From assembly GCA_029259155.1 (NCBI GenBank), contig JAPDJI010000032.1:1-15643 (forward strand): a stretch of DNA of 15,643 nucleotides. The letters are read 5' to 3'. Below the pieces are notes generated by a model. It did not search any database. It was not told the origin of the DNA and worked only from the letters and a program-made list of their open reading frames with translations. Numbering within the stretch: position 1 is the stretch's first letter; the number at the start of each line of letters is the position of its first letter. Both the position numbers and the translations under genes were made by a program. This DNA comes from Candidatus Methanomethylicia archaeon. Its GTDB lineage: Archaea; Thermoproteota; Methanomethylicia; Nezhaarchaeales; B40-G2. Below, piece after piece: positions 1-7,655 of the stretch.

Positions 1-237
1 CCTTGAGCCTCACCCTCTCCCTCGGGTTGAAGGCGGAGCCGGCGAAGGCGCCTATCACGCCCTGCCTGATCTTCCTTCCTTCCACAGCCTGTAGAGCACG
101 CCCTCCACGGCTTTCCTGCCGAGCCCAGTCTCCTTAACTATCTCGCTAAAGCTTCTGGGTCTGCAGTCGCTGAGGAGGCCTAGGACCTTGCTTCTTGTAT
201 CGGAGCCCAAAGCGCAGCCCCGGAAAAGAAATGGCAT
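1..237 (-). pseudogene. Truncated/frameshifted winged-HTH protein gene; a second frame runs off the window edge
   Basis: The 60-aa ORF (55-237) has an HTH-like pattern (TRSKVLGLLSDCRPRSFSEIVKETGLGRKAVEGVLYRLWKEG) but stops before a wing. A different minus-strand frame (GRKIRQGVIGAFAGSAFNPRERVRLK) is open from the (GGAA)n repeat at 71-83 to position 1. Confidence 0.5.
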
Positions 238-369
238 GCCGGTCTAATAAGTTTGAGGGTTCGAACTTAGATGCGAAATAGAGTTGTCGCGCAAAATTCA
301 AGCCCGACTTTTAGCGGCCTTCTAGCAGAAAAGAGCAAGAAGACGACTCATCTTTAGCTTAAGATATGA

Positions 370-455
370 CGCCGGGTGGGGGATTCGAACCCCCGCACCC
401 CTCACGGGGTACAGGCTTAGCAAGCCTGCGCCCTACCAGACTAGGCGAACCCGGC
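370..455 (-). tRNA. tRNA-Ser(GCT)
   Basis: Reverse complement gives acceptor stem GCCGGGT/ACCCGGC, anticodon arm CAGGC-TTGCTAA-GCCTG, a long variable arm, T-loop GTTCGAATC and discriminator G. No intron; CCA not encoded. Confidence 0.95.
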
Positions 456-681
456 TTCATGCTACTAGGCTGATATAACGGCTAAAAAAGCTTTACCTAA
501 ATTAGGGTTTAACATAGAGTGAGTGACACTGAGTCACACTGCTTGAATCGGTGCTGAAGAATTAGGTTAAGTTAGGTGAGAGGTGGATCTTCAGTACCCC
601 TCTCCACCATCAGTTATTGTGGAGGGCTGCCACCTTGAAGCTGAGTAATGGTTTTAAAAAGCCTCCGCGTGGAGAAAACCT

Positions 682-754
682 GCCCCGGTAGCTCAGCTGG
701 TAGAGCGGCAGCCTTGTAAGCTGTTGGCCGCGGGTTCAAATCCCGCCCGGGGCT
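682..754 (+). tRNA. tRNA-Thr(TGT)
   Basis: Acceptor stem GCCCCGG/CCGGGGC, D arm TAGCTCAGCTGGTAGAGC, anticodon arm GCAGC-CTTGTAA-GCTGT, T-loop GTTCAAATC. TATA-like TTTTAAAAA at 652-660. Confidence 0.95.
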
Positions 755-806
755 TCAAGGAATTCTCATGTTGAAAAACTAAAAAACGACTGGTTAAGGG
801 TTATAG

Positions 807-880
807 GGGGCCGTAGGCTAGCTTGGTTAGACTGCGAGGCTCGGGCCCTCGTGACCCAGGTTCAAATCCTGGCGGCCCCA
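807..880 (+). tRNA. tRNA-Pro(CGG)
   Basis: Acceptor stem GGGGCCG/CGGCCCC-A, anticodon arm CGAGG-CTCGGGC-CCTCG, T-loop GTTCAAATC. Confidence 0.95.
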
Positions 881-913
881 TTAAGTTAAGGAAAAACATG
901 GAGGTGGAAAAGG

Positions 914-1012
914 GTGTTTGAAACCTTAAATAATCTCACCTTCATAGGCCTTGCGCTATTGGCCATGCTACTGGCAGTAACCTACCAGCTGCTCTCAATG
1001 AGAAAATCTTAA
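914..1012 (+). CDS. Putative 32-aa single-pass membrane protein (not in the ORF track)
   Basis: GTG start preceded by GGAGGTG (900-906), which is complementary to this window's 16S 3' end (CACCTCC). Translation MFETLNNLTFIGLALLAMLLAVTYQLLSMRKS has one ~20-aa hydrophobic helix followed by RK. Confidence 0.55.
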   Translation: MFETLNNLTFIGLALLAMLLAVTYQLLSMRKS

Positions 1013-1231
1013 GCCGCTTTGTAAACGGCTTAAAACAATCTTCAGGTCTGTGGAGAGAATAATATCCTTCTCCTCCAGAACTCGTTGCTCCAGCTCTCTG
1101 TAAATTTCCTCGAGCGAGGATTTCTTAGAGGAAAGCTGCTCTAGGAGAGCCTCAATCAACCTAGGCTGGCTTAAGTAGGGGTAAGCCTCGAGAAATGCTT
1201 CACGTATCTTACGGTACACGTCTTCACTCAA
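995..1231 (-). CDS. Hypothetical small helical protein (78 aa)
   Basis: Protein-like E/L/K/R-rich composition. Divergent from elf1 across an AT-rich promoter-like gap (TTTATTAA 1264-1271). No family recognised. Confidence 0.6.
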   Translation of the reverse strand: MSEDVYRKIREAFLEAYPYLSQPRLIEALLEQLSSKKSSLEEIYRELEQRVLEEKDIILSTDLKIVLSRLQSGLRFSH

Positions 1232-1303
1232 GGCTAAGCCCTTATCTCTAAATTACCCTCAGCTTTATTAAGCATTTAATGCTCACTACGTTGGGGAGGA
1301 TGG

Positions 1304-1555
1304 ATGGGAGGGAGGAAGCGTAGAAGGAAAATCTTGAAGAGGCCGCCTAAACGCATACCTAAAGTGTTCAGCTGTCCCCATTGCGATACGAGGAGCGTAA
1401 CGGTGGAGCTTGATAGAAAACGAGGTGTAGCCATCGTTCAGTGTGGAAACTGTGGACTTAAAGTAGAGATAAAGATACCTGAGGTCTTCGAGGAGGTACA
1501 CGCCTTCAACAAGTTCGTAGACCTATATTATGAGGGGAAGATAGAGGCTCTCTAA
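1304..1555 (+). CDS. elf1: Transcription elongation factor Elf1 (zinc ribbon)
   Basis: Basic N-terminus MGGRKRRRK, then FSCPHC...CGNCG zinc ribbon and a C-terminal FNKFVDLYY motif. SD GGAGG at 1295-1299. Confidence 0.93.
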   Translation: MGGRKRRRKILKRPPKRIPKVFSCPHCDTRSVTVELDRKRGVAIVQCGNCGLKVEIKIPEVFEEVHAFNKFVDLYYEGKIEAL

Positions 1556-1572
1556 TGCGGTGAGATGGCTCC

Positions 1573-2334
1573 TTGCCCGGGCGCGTAGAGAATTACTTAA
1601 TGTCTAGGCTAGCTGAGGAAGGAGCTTTACACCTAGCGCTCATAGATCCTGATAAAGCCTCACCCAACGAGGCTGAGGCAATAGCTGAGGAGGCCGCTAA
1701 GGCAGGCTCAGCAGCAGTAATGGTTGGGGGGAGCCTTGGAGTCTCTGAAAATCTACTTGACCAAATAGTGCTAGCAGCTAAGAAATCAGGCCTTCCCACC
1801 ATAATTTTCCCTAGCAACGCCACCACATTAAGTAAGTATGCTGACGCCGTCTGGTTCATGTCCCTCTTGAACTCCTTAAACACCTACTTTATCGTAGACG
1901 CCCAGATGATAGGCGCTGCCATAGTTAAGAAATATGGCCTTGAACCCATACCCATGGGATACCTTGTATTAAACCTCGATAGCGCCGTTGGTTTTGTCGG
2001 GCAGGTTAGGCCAATCCCACCTGAACGGCCTGAAATAGCAGCACTCTATGCATTGACCGCTCAATACATGGGTATGAGGTTCGTCTACCTCGAGGGAGGT
2101 TCAGGGGCTAAGAAAACCGTGCCTGCCGAACTCGTATCCAAGGTAAGGGAAAACGTGGGGATAACCCTAGTCGTCGGTGGAGGAATAAGAACTGGAGAAG
2201 ACGCCAGACGCCTCGTGGAGGCTGGTGCCGATATACTAGTTACCGGAACTGTCCTCGAGGAGAGCGCTGGTAAAATGTTATCCAACATAATTGATGGTGT
2301 TAGGGAAGGTGTTAAGAAAAGGAGGGGACGTTAG
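1573..2334 (+). CDS. Geranylgeranylglyceryl phosphate (GGGP) synthase, group II
   Basis: Motifs HLALIDPDK, VMVGGS, IIFPSN, ADAVWFMSLLNS, YLEGGSGA, VVGGGIR and ADILVTGT. Confidence 0.95.
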   Translation: MPGRVENYLMSRLAEEGALHLALIDPDKASPNEAEAIAEEAAKAGSAAVMVGGSLGVSENLLDQIVLAAKKSGLPTIIFPSNATTLSKYADAVWFMSLLNSLNTYFIVDAQMIGAAIVKKYGLEPIPMGYLVLNLDSAVGFVGQVRPIPPERPEIAALYALTAQYMGMRFVYLEGGSGAKKTVPAELVSKVRENVGITLVVGGGIRTGEDARRLVEAGADILVTGTVLEESAGKMLSNIIDGVREGVKKRRGR

Positions 2335-2913
2335 GTAGGTCCTAAGCTTAAGGAACTTGTTCGAAAACTTCTGCACTTGGTAGGCCTACTCTTTGTACCT
2401 GGCTACCTTTATTTTGGTAAAGACCTTGTCATACAGGCAGCATTGGCCTGCCTCATAGCTTCTGCGCTGTTTGAGCTCATCAGGTTAAGGTCCTATCGGT
2501 GGTTCCCCTTCAAGCCGCTCTATGAGGCCTTGGCTAGACCGACGGAGAAAACCAAGGTTTCAGGATATTTCTACTTCTTCCTAGGAGCTGCAATGGTCTT
2601 AGTTATACTCAAGGTGGAGATAGCGCTTTTAGCTATAGCTTCATCGGTAGTGGGCGACGTTTTCTCCGCTATAATAGGAGGCCTCGTAGGTCGACACCGC
2701 ATTCCGGGAAAAGGATCGAAAAGCTTTGAAGGGGCTTTTGCAGGGGCTTTGGCCATAATCGCTCTCCTATTTTTCTATTCAACACCTCTAGTTCCCGTGG
2801 CTGCAGCCTCCTTCACCTTTGTAGAGCTACTTAACAGACCTGAGGTAGATGACAACCTTCTACACCCACTCGTAATAGGGGTGGTAACCGGGCTCTGTGA
2901 TTTAATCCTCTAG
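2335..2913 (+). CDS. Phytol/dolichol-kinase-like (CTP-dependent polyprenol kinase family) membrane protein; start codon uncertain
   Basis: Multi-TM protein with GDVFSAIIGGLVG, KSFEGAFAG and DDNL motifs. The family's N-terminal E-x-x-RK-x-x-H motif (ELVRKLLH, 2353-2376) lies upstream of the TTG at 2377 used by the ORF track. Confidence 0.8.
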   Translation, partial: VGPKLKELVRKLLHLVGLLFVPGYLYFGKDLVIQAALACLIASALFELIRLRSYRWFPFKPLYEALARPTEKTKVSGYFYFFLGAAMVLVILKVEIALLAIASSVVGDVFSAIIGGLVGRHRIPGKGSKSFEGAFAGALAIIALLFFYSTPLVPVAAASFTFVELLNRPEVDDNLLHPLVIGVVTGLCDLIL

Positions 2914-2994
2914 TTGTCTAAGTCACATGTTTATGAAGGAGGGTCAAAGTAGGAAGGAGTAGCGCGGCCGCTGGAGCCTCTATACATAAGCTGA

Positions 2995-3873
2995 TTAGAG
3001 AGGCTCTTTCAATAACCTCCGAAGAAGAGCATAGTCATAGACCATTCCCACCACCTTACCATCCGAGTTAACTACTGGCAGCTGATCGATGTCGTGTCTC
3101 CTCATCCTCTTAGCACACTCGTTGATGGGTGTAAACTCGAGGGCAGTTATGAGGCGTCTCGTCATTACCTCCGATACAGGCTTATCAGGGAGTGAAAGTT
3201 CACCTTTACTTATGTATATCATAGTGCTGACGTCCCAGTCCCATTCCTGTCCTTCAGATACTATACCGGAGCTTGAAACCTTCTCCTTCAAAACCACTTC
3301 ACTAAGCTTAACTAGGTCAGCATCAGTTATGATGCCGCAAAGCTCAGACTTATTGTCTAACACTAATACCGCTTGTGCCTTAGCCATCTTCATTATACTT
3401 AACACCACTGGGAGCGGCGTACCTTCCCATACGGCAAGCATCTTCCTCTCCATGTACTCGGATATAGGATCCGTAATGGCACTATCTGCAAGAGCCTTGT
3501 AAACAATGTCGGCAACCGTTATGATACCCACTAAGTCCTCCCCTTCAACGACAGGTAGCCTACGTATATTGTTCTCTAATAACAGTTTAGCGGCCTTTAG
3601 GACGCTGTCACCAGGAGAGACCGTTATCGGGTCCCTGCTCATAATCAGAGCTACTTGGTCCTCGGAAGGTTTACTTACAAGGTCAGTGCGCGTAACCATG
3701 CCTATGAGCTTCTTGGTGCCCTTCTTAACCACCGGCATCCCTGTTACGCCCCGTTCTCTCATCAACTTTAAGACGTCGCGCCTAGAGCCTGGAACTTCAA
3801 CGTAGACTACGTCAGTGGTCATTAGATCTTCTACCTTTAACTCCTTCAACTTACGTGGAGACGTGAAGACCAA
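2995..3873 (-). CDS. CBS-domain protein (two CBS pairs)
   Basis: Four CBS repeats: VEDLMT..GMPVV..GMVTRTD; MSRDPITV..IRRLPVV..GIITVAD; VLVLD..GIITDAD; VSEVMT..IDQLPVV..GMV. Exact start uncertain. Confidence 0.92.
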   Translation of the reverse strand: MVFTSPRKLKELKVEDLMTTDVVYVEVPGSRRDVLKLMRERGVTGMPVVKKGTKKLIGMVTRTDLVSKPSEDQVALIMSRDPITVSPGDSVLKAAKLLLENNIRRLPVVEGEDLVGIITVADIVYKALADSAITDPISEYMERKMLAVWEGTPLPVVLSIMKMAKAQAVLVLDNKSELCGIITDADLVKLSEVVLKEKVSSSGIVSEGQEWDWDVSTMIYISKGELSLPDKPVSEVMTRRLITALEFTPINECAKRMRRHDIDQLPVVNSDGKVVGMVYDYALLRRLLKEPL

Positions 3874-3878
3874 CCTCC

Positions 3879-4163
3879 TTATGGACAGCTACAAGGTGAG
3901 GAGCCGCATTTAGGGCAGACATTATTGTACTTGGATAAGGCGGCTTCCTCGATATTCACGTCGAGCACATTAGCCATGGTAACCAGCCATGCCAACGAGT
4001 CTGCCAGCTCAGATTCAATAGCTTCCCGATTTCCATCAACTATAGCTCTACCTAATTCACCAATTTCCTCGACTAAATGAATAAAGTTTTTCTCTACTCC
4101 TCTTTTAGAGTCTTTATGCCAATAAAGCCTACGTATCATATCCTGAAACTCCCCGATGTGCAT
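3879..4163 (-). CDS. MazG-like nucleotide pyrophosphohydrolase with C-terminal Cys cluster
   Basis: HLVEEIGEL...ESELAD all-alpha NTP-PPase acidic motif and C-terminal CPKCGSSPCSC. Confidence 0.9.
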   Translation of the reverse strand: MHIGEFQDMIRRLYWHKDSKRGVEKNFIHLVEEIGELGRAIVDGNREAIESELADSLAWLVTMANVLDVNIEEAALSKYNNVCPKCGSSPCSCP

Positions 4164-4175
4164 AAAGGAGCCCCC

Positions 4176-4364
4176 TTAAGGAAAACCTAAGAGTACATGA
4201 GCTATTAGGACCATCACAGTTAAGCCGAAGGCCACCCCTACAACAGCCTCTGGAGGTATCTGAATACCTTTAACCTCCTCCTCGAAGAAACGGACCAGCC
4301 CAGCACCAGCTAGAGGCATAGGACCCTGTTCACGCCTCGCTTTCTTCTTCCTCTCCTTCGGCAT
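4176..4364 (-). CDS. secG: Preprotein translocase subunit Sec61beta
   Basis: Basic N-terminus, AGLVRFFEEE..GIQIPPE motif and a single C-terminal TM helix. ATG at 4364 is preferred over TTG 4385 because of the TATA box at about 4403-4411. Confidence 0.92.
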   Translation of the reverse strand: MPKERKKKARREQGPMPLAGAGLVRFFEEEVKGIQIPPEAVVGVAFGLTVMVLIAHVLLGFP

Positions 4365-4569
4365 GGGTGACCGCTCCTCAACCAAAATTATGTGCTAAGT
4401 GCTATATAAAAACTAACCAGTAGGTCACTAATTAACAGCTCAGTCACAAAAGCTATCTTAGCAAGCCGGTCACAGAGAAGGCATGGAGAGAGTAGAGGGC
4501 TCTCTGGAGAGGGTCACCGTTAAATTATGGAGGAGCCTAAAGAGATTAAAGGTCAAACTGTGAACTGCG

Positions 4570-6333
4570 GTGAGGTTGATGGAAGTTAAGGTTGAACGTG
4601 CCGTCAAAAGCTATGAACTCCTCTTCAGTTTACCAAGCCAAGAGAAGCTGGCCTTAACCATAGCTATCTTGGGGGCCGTCCTAGGCTTGGCCACCCCTCA
4701 GCCAACCCTAGGCCTAATACTCTTCTCCCTACCCGCCTACCTCTCAGCCTTGCTCTCCGTGAAAATAAATCCGGGAAAAGTATTGACTATAAAGCGCAGC
4801 TTAGGCATATCAGCCATAGCCCTAACCCTTCAGGGAACACTCTACCTCAGCGTGTGGCTAGTAGCTAAATCCCTAACCCCAGACCTTGAAGCCTACGCCA
4901 TCATCGTGAGCGGCGCTCTCTTCACCTCCCTCTCCACCTCGGTCCTCTTCTGGCTCACAGGAAGTTACATGAAAGCCACTGCTCCACCAGTCACAGCTCA
5001 GAGCCTAACCACCATATTAGCTAGCCACATCTTCATCTTTGATCCTTTAATTGCAATCAGGCTTTTCCTAACGGTCCAAGTAGCCGCACTGATCATAACT
5101 TACTCCGGCGCCCTCCTCATCAATAGAGCTGGTCTCAAAGCCGCAGGCCGAAAGGTCTTTGGGTTGTTTAAGTCCTTTGCCTACACCTGGCTGGCTGACG
5201 AACCAGACATGCTCGAAAACGAGCTACTTCAAGTCAGCAGTGAAGAAGAAGTGTCAGTCACAACACTCCTCTTTAAGTCACAGAAAGGACTTGAAGGTGT
5301 GTTCATAACCTACACCGCTCATCCAGGACCCTTTAGAAACCTAGGAGGCAGCAACCTACCTTCTCGTCTAGTTCAGACTCTAGAGGGAAACCTAGGGGGT
5401 TTAGCCCTACCCTTCCACTCAACTGCAACCCATAGATTAGACCCAGCCTCGAGGCTAGAAGCTGAGAAAGTAGTGGAGGCTGCGTTACGCGCAGCTCAAA
5501 AAGCAGTTAAGCTTGAAGAGCCTTACGTAAGCCCCTATGTCTGCGCCGAGGAACAAAACCTGCAAGTTTGCTGCCAACTGTTAGGCATACCTGTATTTAC
5601 TGTGACCTGGACCTCACAGGGCGCAGAAGATCTACCCGTAGAGGTGGGTGAGAAACTCAGACAGAAAAGCCGGGAAAAGGGGTTTAAGGACGCCTTAGTC
5701 ATAGAGGCTCATAACATGTATCTTCCTGAGGCTCAGCCAACCATCCACCTTGAAGCCTTGACTCAAGCTGCCTACAAATCCCTAAGCCTAGCTGAAAAGA
5801 AAGCCTTTAAGACACGGCTTAAGGCAGCCTTCGCTTCCATAAAAGATCCCGAGTTCTCAAAGGAGAGAGGGTTTGGCGAAGCAGGTATACGCCTAGCCGT
5901 GATCGAGGTCTCGGGCCGGAAACACCTCTACGTACTCATAGACGGAAATAACCTTCAACCAAGCCTACGCTGGAAACTAAAAGACGAGCTCCTCAATACT
6001 GGCTTTGATACCTGCGAGGTCTACACCACGGATACGCACAGCGTCGTTGCGTTAAAGCCCATGAAGAGAGGCTATAGAGCTATAGGAGAGGAGGTAGATC
6101 ACAATACCTTGGTATCCAGGATTCGTGACGTTGCAAAGTCACTTCGAGAAAACCTTGTGGAGGTAGAGGTAGAGGTTGGAGAGGCCAAAGTTAAGATAAA
6201 AACCATAGGTGAAAAGGGCTTAAGCCAACTGCTCCAAGCTCTCGAAGAGTGTTTACGACTAGCTAAAATCACCCTCCCTGCAACTTATGCTTTAACCGCG
6301 GTGTTAAGCTCAATCCTCGTCTTCTTCCTCTAA
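4570..6333 (+). CDS. DUF2070 family membrane protein (predicted membrane-associated hydrolase)
   Basis: N-terminal multi-TM region, motifs HPGPF..GGSNLP, FHSTATH..D, EAHN, DGNN and TTDTH, plus a C-terminal TM. ATG at 4579 is an alternative start. Confidence 0.85.
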   Translation: MRLMEVKVERAVKSYELLFSLPSQEKLALTIAILGAVLGLATPQPTLGLILFSLPAYLSALLSVKINPGKVLTIKRSLGISAIALTLQGTLYLSVWLVAKSLTPDLEAYAIIVSGALFTSLSTSVLFWLTGSYMKATAPPVTAQSLTTILASHIFIFDPLIAIRLFLTVQVAALIITYSGALLINRAGLKAAGRKVFGLFKSFAYTWLADEPDMLENELLQVSSEEEVSVTTLLFKSQKGLEGVFITYTAHPGPFRNLGGSNLPSRLVQTLEGNLGGLALPFHSTATHRLDPASRLEAEKVVEAALRAAQKAVKLEEPYVSPYVCAEEQNLQVCCQLLGIPVFTVTWTSQGAEDLPVEVGEKLRQKSREKGFKDALVIEAHNMYLPEAQPTIHLEALTQAAYKSLSLAEKKAFKTRLKAAFASIKDPEFSKERGFGEAGIRLAVIEVSGRKHLYVLIDGNNLQPSLRWKLKDELLNTGFDTCEVYTTDTHSVVALKPMKRGYRAIGEEVDHNTLVSRIRDVAKSLRENLVEVEVEVGEAKVKIKTIGEKGLSQLLQALEECLRLAKITLPATYALTAVLSSILVFFL

Positions 6334-6335
6334 AT

Positions 6336-6836
6336 TTATCTCTTATACCCTATCTTCCTAAGGAACTCCTTACGTTCAGCCACTTCCTTATCGCCCTCTA
6401 CACCTTTGGGTCTCAACCCATCGATCACACCTAGCACACCTCTACCCTGCGAAGTCTCAGCGATCACAACCTCGAGAGGATTAGCAGAAGCACAGAATAC
6501 AGTGCATACCTCTTGGACCGCCTTAACAGCGTTTAGTACGTTAATAGGGTAGGCATCACGCATCATAATAACGAACACATGTCCAGCACCTATATCCAAA
6601 GCCGCCTTAGCTGCAGCTCCCTTCAACTCCTCGTCGTTACCCTCCACCCTGACCAAGCAGGGCCCAGAAGACTCGCAGAAGGCTAAGCCAAATTTTATCG
6701 AAGGACAGGAGGATACCAGCGCCTCATAAAGGTCCTCCACAGTCTTAATGAAGTGTGCTTGACCTATCACCACGTTTACGCCTTCAGGTCTCTCAACTTT
6801 AACCACCTTAAGCTCCAACCTACACACCCACTCCAC
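6336..6836 (-). CDS. Adenosine-specific kinase-like protein (DUF355 family)
   Basis: Motifs NVVIGQAHFIKTVEDLYE, FGLAFCESSG, GAGHVF, AYPINVLN, FCASANP, GRGVLGVIDG and RKEFLRKIGYK. True start may be a few codons downstream. Confidence 0.9.
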   Translation of the reverse strand: MEWVCRLELKVVKVERPEGVNVVIGQAHFIKTVEDLYEALVSSCPSIKFGLAFCESSGPCLVRVEGNDEELKGAAAKAALDIGAGHVFVIMMRDAYPINVLNAVKAVQEVCTVFCASANPLEVVIAETSQGRGVLGVIDGLRPKGVEGDKEVAERKEFLRKIGYKR

Positions 6837-6992
6837 CTATAATTTGTGACCAGCTATTAAACCCTGACGCCAGCTTGTCACAAATCACCATAAATGTGAG
6901 TGAGAGAACAGACCCTACCGGGTAGAAGCTACTTTAACTAATATTTGAGCACTACGTAGCTGATGTAGTAGTCGTGACACCACGTTAAGTAC

Positions 6993-7655
6993 CTAACTCC
7001 TCCTGCCTTCCAAGTATACCTTCAAGGCCTCAGCCACTTCCCTAGGAAGACTATAGGTAAACGGTATACCTCCCTCTTCTCTCACCAAAAGACCCCTTTC
7101 ACAAAGTTTCTTTAAAGTCCTAGCTGTATGCTCCCTAACCTTACCAATAGCCCTAGCTATCTCAGTCGACCCCCTGCTACCGTAATCAGGGTTCTCGTAG
7201 AGAAGCCTAAGGATCCCAAGCTCCGTATCATTAGCTTCAGTCGTCAAGAACTTTAAAACTCCCTCACGCGTGAGCTCAACACGCTCACTAACACTGGGCT
7301 TCACTGGTCGAGTTGCTCTTCGACGTTGAGGACGAGGTCGCTCAGCAACAACCGGAGTAGGCATAGCTGTAGTTGATACTGTAGTTGATACCGGAGCTCT
7401 AGGAGGTCTCTCCTCCAGGCTTAAAGGAGCAGTTAAGTCACGTAGACCTGTGACCTCAGCTCTCCCGGGTCTCAGCTGGCTAGCTAAGGTCTCTAGAGCC
7501 TCATTCAGCCTACGGAACTCCCGCCTCAAGTTAAGGATCTCGCTTTCCAAGTAAAACATGCGTTCAGCAACATCCCTATAGTACTCAACCCTAATCCTCT
7601 CCAGAAGGTTCTCCACCCTTAAGATTGCCGCCCTAAGATCCTCCACACCACTCAA
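6993..7655 (-). CDS. N-terminal coiled-coil + low-complexity linker + C-terminal winged-HTH DNA-binding protein
   Basis: Residues ~1-62 show a heptad-like L/E/R-rich helix and ~63-125 a P/T/R-rich linker. The C-terminus TELGILRLL..GSTEIARAIGKVREHTARTLKKLCERGLLVRE..FTYSL is a MarR/TrmB-type wHTH. Confidence 0.85.
   Translation of the reverse strand: MSGVEDLRAAILRVENLLERIRVEYYRDVAERMFYLESEILNLRREFRRLNEALETLASQLRPGRAEVTGLRDLTAPLSLEERPPRAPVSTTVSTTAMPTPVVAERPRPQRRRATRPVKPSVSERVELTREGVLKFLTTEANDTELGILRLLYENPDYGSRGSTEIARAIGKVREHTARTLKKLCERGLLVREEGGIPFTYSLPREVAEALKVYLEGRRS

Noticed and set aside
2332-2334. Genome-wide TAG recoding (pyrrolysine)
   Set aside because: TAG appears to terminate other genes normally (2911-2913, 6993-6995, 8963-8965), and no pyl genes are visible.
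1286-3805. Antisense ORFs (1286-1501, 1593-1883, 2085-2288, 2571-2756, 3089-3502, 3506-3805)
   Set aside because: Shadows of well-supported genes on the opposite strand, with no recognisable motifs.
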